Shown: in pieces, positions 1-13,069 of the stretch
How the letters are laid out: every line of letters begins with the position of its first letter
Numbering within the stretch: the first letter of the stretch is position 1
Assembly (NCBI RefSeq): GCF_038025025.1
Contig: NW_027117340.1
Coordinates: 1,922,001 to 1,986,000 of the forward strand
Source: Phyllosticta citribraziliensis
Lineage: Eukaryota
Length of the DNA: 64,000 nucleotides
Direction: 5' to 3'
Notes under the pieces: generated by a model
Seen by the model: only the letters and a program-made list of their open reading frames with translations
Told to the model about the DNA's origin: nothing
Database searches by the model: none
Made by a program: the position numbers and the translations under genes

Positions 1-818
1 GTGGCTAATGCACACGCGTTGACGTCGCCATCTCCTCGCTCAGCAAGAAATCCGTCTACGATATTGCTGTGGGAGTCTCCTGGAACATTAAGACCTGAAA
101 GCTCTCTAGGGGGGATCTGATCCAGCGGGGGAAGGACGGTCGCAAGGTCGACGAGGGAACCCATGCCTTTGGTGTCGATTGACATTGTGAGCAGCGGCAC
201 TGCGACAGATGGATAAGAACCCATTTTGAAGATTGGGATAACAAAAGCAACATCCAGCTCACTGGAATGGATGCGAAGACACAGCGTGGACGTTGGAGGA
301 AACTTAAGGACTTCCATTTGAGTCGACCGAGAACATCGTGATGTGACCTCACGAAACACGAGACGGGACTTGATTGCTTGCTGGCTCAGTTTGCTTTTCG
401 TGTTGGAGTTGGAGTCTGTCGTGATGTACATGTGCTGCTCTGTTCAGGATACAAAGGTTGTAGTAACACGTTACTGGAGAGCGTCGTTGTGAGAAGCTCA
501 AAAGGCTCTTTCCGGAGGTACAGCGAGCTTTCGACCTCCGTCAAGGTGATTCAATATGAAAACTCAAACTCAAAGACAGACGGATAGTCAACTTCGCTCC
601 TCCATGAGGCAGCCATCTTCTTATGAGACCAACTGTGTGCAATAAACTATAACAGTGTAACAAAGTTCGTACAGGTAATGCACCAAATTTAGACAATTGT
701 TGGACGGTGGGTATAAAAACGGTAGATGTACAACATACCTGCGGTCTCAAGCCACCCGAACTTGAATCAAAGCTTTCTATGCCTCTCTTGTAATGTAAGA
801 ACGCCCTCCATGCGCCCA

Positions 819-1691
819 TCACGAGGGATCTACTCTGCGGATTCCCACGACCCTTGTCATTCTCTGCTCCATGCCCCACACGCGGTCGTCGACCAGTTGG
901 ATGTCCCTCTCGACTCCTCTGACAATCCTTGACACTTGGTGAGCTCCGAGTTCCAAGAGCGAGATTAATGGCACTTACAAACAAGCGTCACCAATCTCCT
1001 TTGCGATTCGTCTCGTTTCCAGTCGGGCCAAAGTATTCATCATTTCAACAACATCGCCCTTCTTTCGAAGCCAAAGATAGCGCTCACGAAAACCTGCTTT
1101 TCGGTATTCCGTCTTGTAGTAGTCATCGTCGTCGCTGGGCGCATATCCTTCGCCATTACGCACATTAGGATCGTGAGATGGACTCCGTCCCATTTCCACA
1201 TCGTCGCGCAAGAACGGTCGCTCTAGCTCCCGAAAATCGCGAATCAGATGCCTTATCGCTTCGCGCATGACACGGGTGCTGACGTCGTCGTCGTGTATGT
1301 CCTTGGCGTCCGTGACTGCGTGACTGTCCAACCGCATTCCAATGATCTCTTTCTCCGAGGCACTACTGTACCCATTGTTGTTGTTGGGGTATCTGTTGGT
1401 GCCGCTGCCCCTTCGCTTCCTGAGTCTGTTGCGAGCGCCCCCCACGAAACTGCTCCGCCGGCGCTGGAAGCGCCGCACTTTGCGTAGATGTGCGCGTTCC
1501 TCGTAAAGACCCTGCTTCAGGTTGCCGAGGAAGTCTGGAATTTGGGTCTGAGCCGCTGCGATGGTTTGCAAATTCTCCCAAGAGACGCGCAGGAACGTGG
1601 CGACGGTGAAGGCGAAGCTGACGAAGCCGATCGTTGTACTTATGAGCGAGAGCGGCGAAATCTCCGTATGGGTGCTGAGGACGACGCCCAT
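819..1691 (-). CDS. Hypothetical fungal protein with an N-terminal transmembrane helix; 2 exons
   Basis: ORF 975-1691 begins with a hydrophobic helix (ISTTIGFVSFAFTVATFL). A GTAAGT donor near 978 splices to a last exon reading LIVRGVERDIQLVDDRVWGMEQRMTRVVGIRRVDPS, with a stop at 819-821. Confidence 0.7.
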
Positions 1692-2533
1692 GGCTTGACT
1701 GTTGGCTTGGCGGGCTTGGGCTTGAAACGGAGAGGCCCTAGTGGACGATATTGGTGTAAGCGATGATGAATTATTGGACCGTCGTCTTGGACTCCCAGGT
1801 TGTATATGAGCTTTTTTGACAAATCCTCTGGGCGGGAGGAAGCATCACAGGGTTTGTTCTGTTCGAAGCGCTTACCTTGTTGGAAATCCTCCACCTTGCG
1901 AACTAAAGACATAACCCCAGTGTGAAAGCTACGCGTGGGTTAAGACATGAAGAGAAAGATAAGAGCTTTTGGGGGACCGAAAAGCGTCAAGCCGACGAGC
2001 TTGTGGCTGGGAGGGGCGTATATAAGCGGCGGCCATCAGAGCCACCTCGTGCATTATGCGGCGGTATCGTCATGATAGGGACCGGTCGGGGAGTCGACGC
2101 GCGAATCCGGGGAAAGAATTGGCATGTCGAGGTCAGATGGCGTTGAGACGTGATGAACGTGACCAGTGGACAAGGACCACGCGGGCCGACAAGCAGATGG
2201 GTTTAGCGGCGTGGGCGAGGTCATGAAAGAGTTGGGCTGACTAGGAGGGTTCGACAGTGCGACGCGGGCAGGTCTGCGGACGTGGATAGCTGGCCAGGGA
2301 GGCGCAGGTGAGGTGGTTGAGAGAAACCAAAGGTCGTGTCTGTTGGCCGTTGTCGTCACTGCCAAGCGAGCGGCCGAGCTCCAAGAGCTCCTCCATCGCG
2401 TGTGCCAACCCAACCCAACGCCTGCGCCTCCTTCGGTTCCCTTCCGCTTGACAGTTCTCCAGCTCATGTAGTCCTCACTCGACCCGACACTCGACTCCTC
2501 AAATCTCCCATCGCTAGCTCCATCCCACTCAAC

Positions 2534-3138
2534 ATGTTCTTCTTCTTCACCTGCGGCTCGCACAGTATGTCGATCAGCTGCTCCGCCGCCGTGCCATACA
2601 TGTACCGTAGCTAACACTCAACCAGCGTTCCAGTCGCCTCTCAAGGGCTACGAGAACGTCACGGTCCAGTGCCAAAACTGCGGCAACTGGAGTGGGCGCG
2701 TCTACAGGCGTTGGTAAGCGTCAGCAGGAGCTTTCCCCGGTCTGCGCGTGCGCACGCGCCGGGCCTCCCGCCTCTCCACAGCTTCTCCACACTCCCCATG
2801 CTGACTCGGCACAGGCAGTGGTTCACCTTTTGCTTTGTGCCCATCATTCCCTTTTCCCTGAAGCCATGGCATGAAGTCGGCTGTCACATTTGCAACTTTT
2901 TCCAGGACATCAAGTAAGCCATCGCCCGCCTCTCCAAGTCTCTTCCGCCACTCCACGTCTCGTCCGCCACTGACCATCACCTCCCTACAGATACCGCCCC
3001 GACGTTCAGGCTCAGGCTAACGGCGGTGGCCCGCAGTATGGCGGACAAATTCCCATGGAAAACTACGGAGGCAAGCAGCCGGAGACACAGCCGGCGCCGG
3101 AGCCGCAAGCCCAGTACCAGCAGCCGCAGTACAAGTAA
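2534..3138 (+). CDS. Small zinc-ribbon protein (two CxxC pairs, Gln/Pro-rich tail); 4 exons
   Basis: Spliced product is MFFFFTCGSHTFQSPLKGYENVTVQCQNCGNWSGRVYRRWQWFTFCFVPIIPFSLKPWHEVGCHICNFFQDIKYRPDV...QYK. Three GT-AG introns carry CTAAC/CTGAC branch points. Confidence 0.85.
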
Positions 3139-5182
3139 CGCGTCGATGCTGGCAAGCTATTCCGCCATTCAAACTATGCCGCCCGTCCTATCATACTCCA
3201 ACCATCATTGCACATGCGCGCGTCAGGCTTTAGCTGCAAACAGTCTGTTCTGATCTGGCGGCTGCGACGGGATGAAGAGGCAAAGCTGCACGAGCAAGCG
3301 CAGATGCGGAATGCGGACTCTTATGGTAATAGGCTGGGCTGAGGTAGTGCGGCCGGGCGTTTTGGTTTTTGTTGCATGGGTTTGGTGGGGATTGATACCA
3401 GATACCTGAGGCTCCTCAAAAATGTTTACTTTCTCCTAATCTTGAATTTCTGTGAACTGGGCCTTGAAAGCTACTCATTGTTCTACCCCAGGCCATATCT
3501 TGTGCGTATCACGACTCTGGGGCACTGTGGTCGTCAACGGAACATTACGCAACGTTGGCTCAAATTGTGTTGGGTTGGCGGTGTCAGTGATGAGTATGTT
3601 GTGTTGAATTAGGTTGACAAATATTAACTCCGACGATGTACTAGTAATTTTATGCTTAGACTGATCATTACTTTTTTGTTCTTTTCCCTCCCTGAGCCAC
3701 TCACGAGCTGTATAGTAGGTAGTAGTAGTAGGGGTGGTGAGGTGCTAGGCATCAGGGAAAACCCACCTTATTAAATTTCTAATTAACAATTGTCAACCCA
3801 ACTCCGTGCAATGAGGGTGCCACATTATGTACATTGACAAATCAGAGGGCGCTATTTGGTTGTGCTGATGTTGACTTTATCAATGTCTGTTGTCAATCAC
3901 TGAAATATATTGAACTGACGACCATCCTGTTTTGAGGGATAATTAGGAATCTGGTGAGGAACGTTGCATTCTTAGTATTTCTAACTTCAACATGGCGCGA
4001 CTATTACGCATCTGCAGTTTGGCGAGGTGGATAGATCTTATAAAGCTTTTGTTGTTCACATTCTACAGCTCCTCCAACCAAAACTACATTCTTCACCTCT
4101 GGCCATCTCGAACACAAATATGTACACTCTCAACATCTAAAACAGAATGAGAGTCCCTCAAGGAGCTTCGGGGCAAAAGGCAAAAGAAGATGCAGCTTCT
4201 GTGGATCGAACACAGTACCTCCAGATACCGCACAGGTGCTTGTAGGCTGAAGTGGACTTCAGTCTGGCGCTCTCCCAAGTGAGCTAAAGCTGCTACTTGA
4301 AATTTCTAATGCATTTATCAATCTATAGTCTGCAAAATTGTTGTGACGTCACTTGGAAGACTTCATCACTCGCCGACATGGCGCGGAAGGCGGCGCGGAA
4401 GGCGGAGAGAGGTGAGATTGAGATGTTGGGATAGATTTGTGTAAATTCAGTTGCTCGGCTTCCAGCATTGAAGATGCTCTTTTGACAAAACGCGCATCTT
4501 CGATTGCTTTTTTGCATGCGTCGAGGTCTGAGAGAGTCCTGTATGACAATTCTCTTGTTTCCTTTGCTAGTTAGAGCTTTATTATCGCCGTCTTGCGCAC
4601 CTTGCACGACGGACTCAATCAAGCTGTTTTCACACTGTCTTCAGTCATCATCACGTCGCCATGGATCTGTCGTTCAGTTGCGTCGCAATTGCTTCATCAG
4701 ATGCGCTCGCGTGGTGCGACACGTTGAACGGACCGTCCCACGACTAAGCGAGATCTTCCCGGCGATCTCTCGGACTAAAAATAAAAATATTCGGTTCCGG
4801 CGCGGGCCTCACCCCTTTGAAGCCCAAAGTCAAGGAGACGATCTAGGACTTGGGAAAGCTGTTGCTATGTTGCTACAGACTAGAAATATATTTCCTGCTC
4901 GTCTCGTGTCTCGCTGGAGCGTCGTTGTTCCGCTGTGCCACTAATCGACCGAAAAGTGCCCCGGCTCTCACCTCCAAACTTGAAGTCCAAAATGGAGGAA
5001 TCATTGTGTTTTTTGTTGATGGACTGGACTCTGGCATGTTGATTATGCGTCTTCTAAATGTATGGGGTCTGCCAGAGGCGTTGTTGGTCGGCTATCCCGC
5101 TAATCGACCAAAAACACACCCCGGCCTTCAGGACCCACCCACAACCACCGCCACGGTCTAGAACTGTACAAAAATAAAGATA

Positions 5183-5254
5183 TGACCACGGCAGGGATCG
5201 AACCTGCAATCTCTTGATTCGTAGTCAAGCGCCTTGCCATTGGGCCACGCGGCC
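5183..5254 (-). tRNA. tRNA-Arg(ACG), intronless, 72 nt
   Basis: Reverse complement is GGCCGCGTGGCCCAATGGCAAGGCGCTTGACT-ACG-AATCAAGAGATTGCAGGTTCGATCCCTGCCGTGGTCA. It forms a cloverleaf with anticodon stem CTTGA/TCAAG and a GGTTCGA T-loop. A T-run Pol III terminator follows at 5170-5174. Confidence 0.97.
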
Positions 5255-6460
5255 AGTCACTTTAAGCTCGTTGGTGTTACGGGCTTCGTTGGAGAAGACC
5301 CGGGCTTTTGTGTATATATTCTCCATTATTTTAGACCATTTTCAAGCTGATCTCAACGTCTTCTTCTACTCCAGAAAAAACCGGGACGAAAAAGAGCCAA
5401 AAACGCATGAAATTCCACACTGAAGACGTCAGAGGCAGCTAGGAGAACCAGCTGGCTTGACTGCGCGCCTCTCTCCGAACCACGACCAGACAGCAAGGGA
5501 GAACAAGCCTGACAAGGAAACTCTCACAAGAGCTTTTCCAAATTCATAATTCAATCGACCCAAACCGGTTCCTGAACTATACAACTAACACCATCCTAGC
5601 AAGGGCACATCGGAGAAATGATGAGACAGTGCAACTGCGTTTCGGCATGAGTCTGGGACATACAGAGACGAAAGCGTGCCTTGTAAGCGTGTCACTATGC
5701 CCGCAAGTATCTGATGTGGTACAGTGATGCAGACATGTCTTGGAGCAGGCCGAGAGGTACAACCTCTCCGCATCTCGCTGCAAAGCAACCGCACATCCGC
5801 GCCCGTGATCAATCAAACGTTGCATTCGTCGTCCAAACCGGAGAGACCTGCTCGAGGTCTTGTTGAATAAAACGGATGTTGGTCAGGGGCAAGCCCGTTG
5901 CTGTCTCCCTCGCTTGCAAGGCATGAAGAGACAATGAAATGCGCCAACATTCCAAAACAGAACAATCCGTCCACCACAGTTTGTCAAGCACAACAATGGC
6001 CTCATACACGGTCGGTCACTATTGACCTGCAAAAGAGGACACGGCAAGTCGGCCGGGAGGCAGAGTTTCCGTCCCGTCTCATGGCAAATGCTCCGTGCAT
6101 CAGCAAACTGGTCCGACCGCGCGGGCCGGAGATACTGCACGCTGACCACACCACAACTCCGACACCGATTCCATCCCCTCCTTGTCAGCGCACGCATCAA
6201 GAGAGGCGCGAGGTTGGATCAGGTCAGCAGCTGTCGCGATCGCAGCAACGCGGCAGCGTTTGTCAGCCATGTCGACATTTCGCGACTTCTCGAAAGAACC
6301 CCTCACTAGTCGCCTGGACCTTGAGAGCTTGCCCCACATTACGTCAAGACATATATATTCACGCTATGAGCATTCGACGCTTTCTCCTGTCAACAGCTTG
6401 TCTGCATCTTCTGCATTTGCCGCCGTAATCTGAGAAGATCACACTCGAAATCCATCGAAA

Positions 6461-7553
6461 ATGAAAGAAGCCATTGTAACCGACGCCGAGCATGCAAGTC
6501 CACTCACCACACCTGCGCAAGACTGCCATGCTAACTTACACTCAGGTCGCCATCGTCGACTCTCCCATTCCCAAGCCGGGACCCGACCAAGTCGTAATCA
6601 AGGTCATTGCCAGCGGCTCCAACCCCAAGGACTGGAAGACGCCCGAATGGTCGCAGAATCCCCACAACTCTGGCGACGACATTGCTGGTATCGTACACGC
6701 CGTCGGGGAAAATGTGTACGAATTCAAGCCCGGCGACCGCGTCGCCGCATTCCACGAAATGACCAAACCGCATGGCTCCTTTGCCGAGTACGCTCTGGCC
6801 TGGGCGCACACGACTTCGCACATTCCATCGACCCTTAGTTTTGAAGAGGCCGCCACTATCCCGCTGGCTGCGCTGACGGCTGTCATTGGATTATACGTCC
6901 GTCTTGGCCTGCCTGAGCCCTGGCACCCGGCCACGGAGAAGACGCCATTGATTGTTTACGGTGGAGCGTCCGCAGTGGGCGCGTTCGCTATCAAACTGGC
7001 GCAGCTGTCCAACATCCATCCCATCATTGCGGTCGCGGGTAAAGGTATCCCGTTCGTTGAGGGCTTGATCGATCAAAGCAAAGGCGATGCCGTCGTCGAT
7101 TACCGGAACGGCGACGAGGCGTTGGTCAAGTCGATCAAGGACGCGCTCGCAAAGGTGGGCGTTGGTGCGCCGAAGCACGCTTTCGATGCCGTGTCTGAGA
7201 AGGGCAGTCATGAGAACCTGCTCTCTGTTCTTGCTCCCGACACCAAAATCACCAACGTATTGCCGATCGAAAGGTTTGCTTCGCCTGGCTTCAAGTACCC
7301 AGACACTTACCAGGCGACCGAGTGGACCATGGTGGGTGATGTGCACCAGAGGAACAAGGAAATCGGCTTCATCTACTTTAGGTGGCTCTTCAGGATGATT
7401 TATGAGGGCAAGTTTTCGGCACATCCCCACGAGATTATTCCTGGCGGCTTGGCTGGCGTCACCAGCGTGCTACAGAACTTGAAGAACGGCAAGGCGAGCG
7501 CGGTAAAATACGTCGTCAAGGTGCCTGAGACGGAGGGCGCTGGAAAGGACTAA
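6461..7553 (+). CDS. MDR-family oxidoreductase (enoyl-reductase-like, zinc-binding alcohol dehydrogenase superfamily)
   Basis: Motifs GSNPKDWK, GDDIAG, GSFAEYA, SFEEAATIPL and the Rossmann YGGASAVG. A short first exon MKEAIVTDAEH is spliced to VAIVDSPIP at 6546. Confidence 0.9.
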
Positions 7554-9716
7554 GTGTAGGACAAGGAGCTTGACATATAGAAAGCGCCTCGAGCCATAGT
7601 TCACGAATAACGAGAATTGTTCTGCTGGACACTCGAGCTCGTTTGCTATCGACGTATTTGTTGTGTTCCGATTCGGAAATGGAAAGCGGCTGCCTGCGCA
7701 ATGCGACTTCCTTTCCTACGGCTTCAAGGCGCGCCCACCTTTCCTTCTCTTTTCCTCCATTCTACGATTAGCTCAAACTTTCAACCACCCACGTCCGCGA
7801 CGTGGATGCTGCGAACAACCAGCTCCGAAGCCAGACAGCTAACAACCTCACCGGCATTCGGACTTTGCGAAGGAGACATTCGCGTCGCGGTCTCGCCGGT
7901 GAGTTCTTGCCTCGATTTAGCTGAATCAGAACATGCCTTCAAACACCTCGAACTCAAAGTCCACGAGAGGACAAAGCCCATTGTCCGAAACTCGTGTTCC
8001 CTCTTCATGTTCTTTACATTAGGTACTGACATGAGGAGCGAAAGACACCTATACCCTCCTCCGAATTTACAATCATCCAACTCTGGCGTGGCCTGAATCT
8101 GTTCCACCCTTGATCTCATCCAGCAGTACGGCCCACCATCCAGGCCATTTGTCTCAGAGGTCCTACTCGAAGTCCTGTCTCAAGTGCGATGCTACGCTAC
8201 CCGTTACTGCAGTATCCATACACCCACAAACAAACCATCCCTCCATCCCAGGGCCCAACAACCCGTACCGTGTCTTCCACGAACGACGCCACCAAGATGA
8301 CGGAGCATCGCATCCTTGAAACACCCAGAGATGTACGTCTGCCCACGCATCAGACGTCAGCGTTCAGCACACTGCCGCAGAATATTGACGGCTCACCCTG
8401 TGTTAACTTTGCCAACTTATGTCGTCAGAACATGCAGGATGGTACGTCGATTGGTCGTCAGCCTCCTCCACTCGTGTAACGCTTGCACAACACAATCAAC
8501 TTGAACCAGGGCACAACCAAGGGAAGGAAGAAAGAGAGAGAAGGAAGGAAAAATTATCATCTCTCCACCCCCGCACGATAAGATCCCTTCGGCACACAGC
8601 ATCCGGGTAATGTTTCTCTTTTTCCTCGCGCCCTGCCCCAGGCCGTCCCCACTCCCTCCTCCCTCCAGTCTGGGCAACCAAGGGAGAGCAGTCCTGGCCG
8701 AGACGACGACGATCATCGACCGCGACTTACCACTCGCTTGGGACACGACAGGGCCAGGACGGGACGACGAGGCGCGTCGCCGCAGGACGAGTCGGGTCGA
8801 ATCGAGTCGTCACCCATCCCACCTCAGCTCATCTCGCACCCTTCCTACCGCATTGAGAGGGCCAGCCGGGCCAGCGCGTGCAAACGCCCAGCGCCGCCAA
8901 CCCGTTTTTCCTAGGTCGCGTTTAATTACTGCAGGGCCAAGGGCGTTTTCTGGGGATGGCGCCCAGGGGTCGAGACGACGACCGACACACGCACCTAGAC
9001 ACTGGTGACGCGGAGCGCAAGCCACACGTGTACGAGGCAAACAGGCTGGATGAAGACGGGGGTGGAAACTCGTTTCGGTCTTTGTCTACTCCTTCCTAAC
9101 AACGCGCCATCCATCTCCATCGCGCAACCGGTCAATCGACCCACACGCGTACGCACTGCACGTTTCCGGGTCGCGAAAAACTCGAGAGGGTGCCTCCTGC
9201 ACCAAATCTGCCGTGAAAATGCTTGCTCATTTTGAATTAGAGCCTTTTTGGCTCCTCTTTCAATTGACGTACTTTTGCGAGTGTCGCCACTAGACTACAG
9301 ACTATGGTATACATATTTTACTATTGGACGGGCTGCGGGCTTCAAGACTTGATAGGAAATAGACCGAAAAAGAGTGACAAAAGGAAAGTCTCGGCGGCCA
9401 TCATCGCAACAACCAAAAAGAAAAAAGCAATATCATCAGGAGAATGGAAGTAAGAAAAGGCTGTATCTAGACATGATCGGTACCATACTACTTGAACCGA
9501 GTCTCTCGTTCTTCTCGGGCCTTCCAAGCCAGTCTTGCAAAACGAGCGCGGAACTTTTAGGGTATATAATTGGTTGGGTAGGAGCGCGTTCAGGCGGCGG
9601 CTGCTTTTTCCCCTCAGTAATAATGCACAGTCATTTTTGGTCTCATACCTTCCACGACTTGTCGTCTCCGTCGTAGTCCTCATCTTCATCACAAAACGTC
9701 ATCGTACAGCAAACAA

Positions 9717-12128
9717 TTACAGCCCGAGCATGCCGCTATCCCTCCTGCCACTGGACATTGGGCCTTCGAGATAGCCGCCGCCGCCTCCCATCCCCTGCTG
9801 CCCCTGGGACTGCCCGCTCTTGCCCTTCTCCAGCGAGACTTGGCCGGTGGGGTCGCCGTAGCCCGCGTCGGCACCGTACCCGGCGTGGCCGCCATACATG
9901 TCGGCGTCCATGAGGCCGCCATACGCGCTCCAGCTCTGGCGCGGATTGTACGCGGCGAGGTGGTCGAAGACGGGCGTGTGCGGCTGCTGGCTGTCGAGCA
10001 CCTGCTGCTGCTGCGGGTGCGGGGTCGGCGCCTGCTGGTGATGGTGGTGCTGGTGGTGGTGCTGCGAGTGCTGAGACGATCCAGGATGGCCGGCGCCAAT
10101 GTCGTAGTAACCCCCTCCGCCGCCGCCGCCGTTGTTGGTCGTCGATGCGTTGCTCCCGCCGTGCATGCTCACGGCTGGCTCCATCCACACGTTGATATGA
10201 CCGCCGGTGAAGTCGAGCGCGTTGGCGTCCATCTCGGCGCTCATGTGGGGTCCGCCGCCTGAAGATGCCAGGCTGAGCGGCATGGGCTGTGGCAGCGTCA
10301 ACCCCATGGACGTGAGCGGGTCGAGGTCGAACGGATTTCCTGACGCGGTGCCGTCGAAGCTGGGCTGTGTCGAGGTCGTGGGCGTGATGAGACCGGATGC
10401 TGTGGGCGGGATTTCGAAGCTGTACTGCGACTCTTGCTTCGGCACGGCAGCAAACGACTCCTGGTGCTTCAGGGGCTCGTCTTTGCACGAAGGGGGCGTC
10501 TGATGGGGGAGCATGACGCGCCTCCACGTCGTTTCTCCTTCTGTTCCCGGCTCTGCGTGCCTGAAAGTCCAGCCGACGACGAGGATGCGGTTGTGCGGCT
10601 CGGGATATCCGTTGCCACCCTCGCGCGGTATGGCGAAAATCTCTTGCACGGCCGACAGGGACGCCAGCGCCGCCTTGACGTTTTCCTTGACCTTGAGCAG
10701 CTCTTCGTCCTCGGCCTGAGCGGCGCCCATTGCCGGGATCAGCGTCTTTGCCTTTTTGTTGGCCTCGCGCATCTTCATCGATAGGGGCCCCAGCTTGGCT
10801 GCCCAGAAGCCGCTGCCAAAGGTGCCGGCAACGGCGTGCAGCCTTCGCGAATTCATGTCGTAGCCCAAGACGCTGCGAATAGGGGATGTGGCGAGGTCGT
10901 TGCCGTTGTAGAAGCGCGTGTGAGACTCGAATCGGTCGTAGTGGGAGTGGTTGTAGCTGCTGCTGAACTCAATCTGAATTCCTAGCTCGTCCGAATCTTT
11001 GGCAATGTGTTTTGCCATGAGCATGATGGAAGAGTCGGCGAGGATCACATCCGAGTCCGTTGTCCTATCCTCGAGCAATTCTCGCAGATGCTTTGGCAAA
11101 TTTGCCGTTTGTGGATCGTTGTAGGCAAGGCTCTGCCGTTCTGCCCGCTTTGCAAAGTGTGTGAAGCAGTGGAGGGAGCGCGGAGGGTCTGATGTCGTGT
11201 CCCGTGCATTCATTTCGAAACAAGCCGGAGTCAATGTCGTGGACGAGGAGAGAATTTGCTGGGGAGGTGGCAGCTGTGCATGGTGTAGATAGGTGTCTTG
11301 GATCACTGGATTGTATTCGAGCGACCGCATGCTTGCTTGCGGACCAATTGGCCGTCGCAGCAAGTCTGTCGAATGGTGACGCTTGTGCCGACCGCTGGTG
11401 TCGACCTTGGCCATATACCTCATTACTAGGCAGAGTCAGCATAACTCCAAAGCCACTCCTTGAACCACACACTTTTTGGAAATTCCTTGAAGAGCGGCTT
11501 CAAAACTTGAATGTGACTGGACACTTGCTTCCTGGTCCTGCCCTCGCCGGTCCACTTTTCGATTGCATATGCGATCAGTTCGTTGCGACCGCGAAGTTTG
11601 CCCTCGTGCGGCTGCTTTTGGCGGCCCATGGGAGGGTACTTGACCAAGGCTACAGATATGTCAGACCCCAACCCTCGAACGCAGGAGATGGAAATTACCA
11701 GCAAAGAAGGCCATCTCCATGTGCTCTGGCCACTTTTGGTCTTGCTTGTTGTCCGGCGTGCCGTCGTCCGACTTGGGCTGGCGTGCCCGATACTTGCGGT
11801 ATGCGTCAGAACGCTGAAGCATTGCCCAGAGCCTTTGTGCCTCGTGAGCCACTCGTTCATCTGGTTCATTCATCATCATCATGAGACCATGACTTGACGT
11901 TGAACGAGAGCTCTGAGACGGAGGGAGGTATCCGTGTGGCGAGCCGCCAAAATAGTTCTCGGTGGGCTGATACAGCCCATGCTTGCGCTGGTCTTGGTCT
12001 AGAAAATCCTGCTGGCGATTGTTGCAACGCTCTTGGAGGATTCTGTTTTGCACTCCCAGGTCGTCAAAGGTGCTCTCGTGATGAATAGACGGGGCGTTTG
12101 ATGGCAGTACGCATGAGGTTCTGTCCAT
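9717..12128 (-). CDS. TEA/ATTS-domain transcription factor (AbaA/Tec1 family); 3 exons
   Basis: TEA domain [23 protein letters not shown]...GRNELIA...[14 protein letters not shown] is split by introns at ~11651-11700 and ~11427-11472. The C-terminus is rich in G, H and Q. Confidence 0.9.
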
Positions 12129-13069
12129 AGCCGTCCGGGAATGTTGCAGTAAGAATGAGGTCAGAAAAAGTAAGAATGTCTGGGGCGGGCTGCACTCTCT
12201 CGAAAAGAGTACACGATGACGAAGGAACGTAGAGAGCTGGACCAAAGGAATGACTTGACAGAGAAAGAGAATGTGGACGAGAACTGTGGGAATGCACGAG
12301 ACGTAGACGTTGTTTATAGGAAGGCTGGGTATGGACTCAGAAAGGAGTCTTGGGTCCTCGAACAATGCCACACGGTACCGTAGAAACGCCTGGCAGGAAA
12401 AGCTTGGGTCAATCAATGACATAAGATGGGTAAATTCTGCCCACGATTCACCGGGGGACAGGATTGGCTGAATCTCAGGTTCGTTTGTTGTCGTGAATGA
12501 TGGATTTTCATGGATTGACTACTTGAAGAATGCTGACTTGCTTCTATTCTATCACGTTAGCCGGACAAGCAAGGGTCAAAAGGCTCCCATTCGCCATGAC
12601 AAGTCGCTTTTCTGGTGAGGGTCTAGTTGAGACCCTTTGGAGGTTCGATGGGCCAGGGATGTGGCCAATGCGAGGAATGTTCTTTACACCCACACAGTAC
12701 AGTTTCTACAATCGAGCCGAGTCTCTCAACAGGAATGCGACGGAAGTTAGCGTGTATGATAAGAAAGAAATTGGTTCGCTAGGCGTCATTGCCCTTGACT
12801 TCTCGACAGCATGGAGTAAACTCGCGCCTAAGACATCAGTCGCAGCAAGGTCATTCACGTACGCGTATGGAAAAGGCCACGGGCGTTTGGTATCCGGTCG
12901 ACTGCTGCCGGGACGAGATCGTGCTGGTCGGGCCGCGGTGGCGGACCCCGCCAATGGGAAGGGGGAGCAAACCGGAGGAGCGCGTCCAAGGTCGCGTTTC
13001 GCCGACGAAGCAAGGGGGCGCGGCCTGCAACGGCCAAAGGGCTGTCTGTGGAGCACCCTTTGGACCAGC

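Noticed and set aside
4323..4622. ORF with CxxC (RRCAFCQK) as a transposase C-terminus
   Set aside because: It lacks the expected H and C residues of the zinc knuckle, and no DDE-domain remnants are visible.
7560..9700. 2-kb gap between convergent genes with a GC-rich, promoter-like tract
   Set aside because: I could not identify a supportable ORF, RNA gene or repeat.
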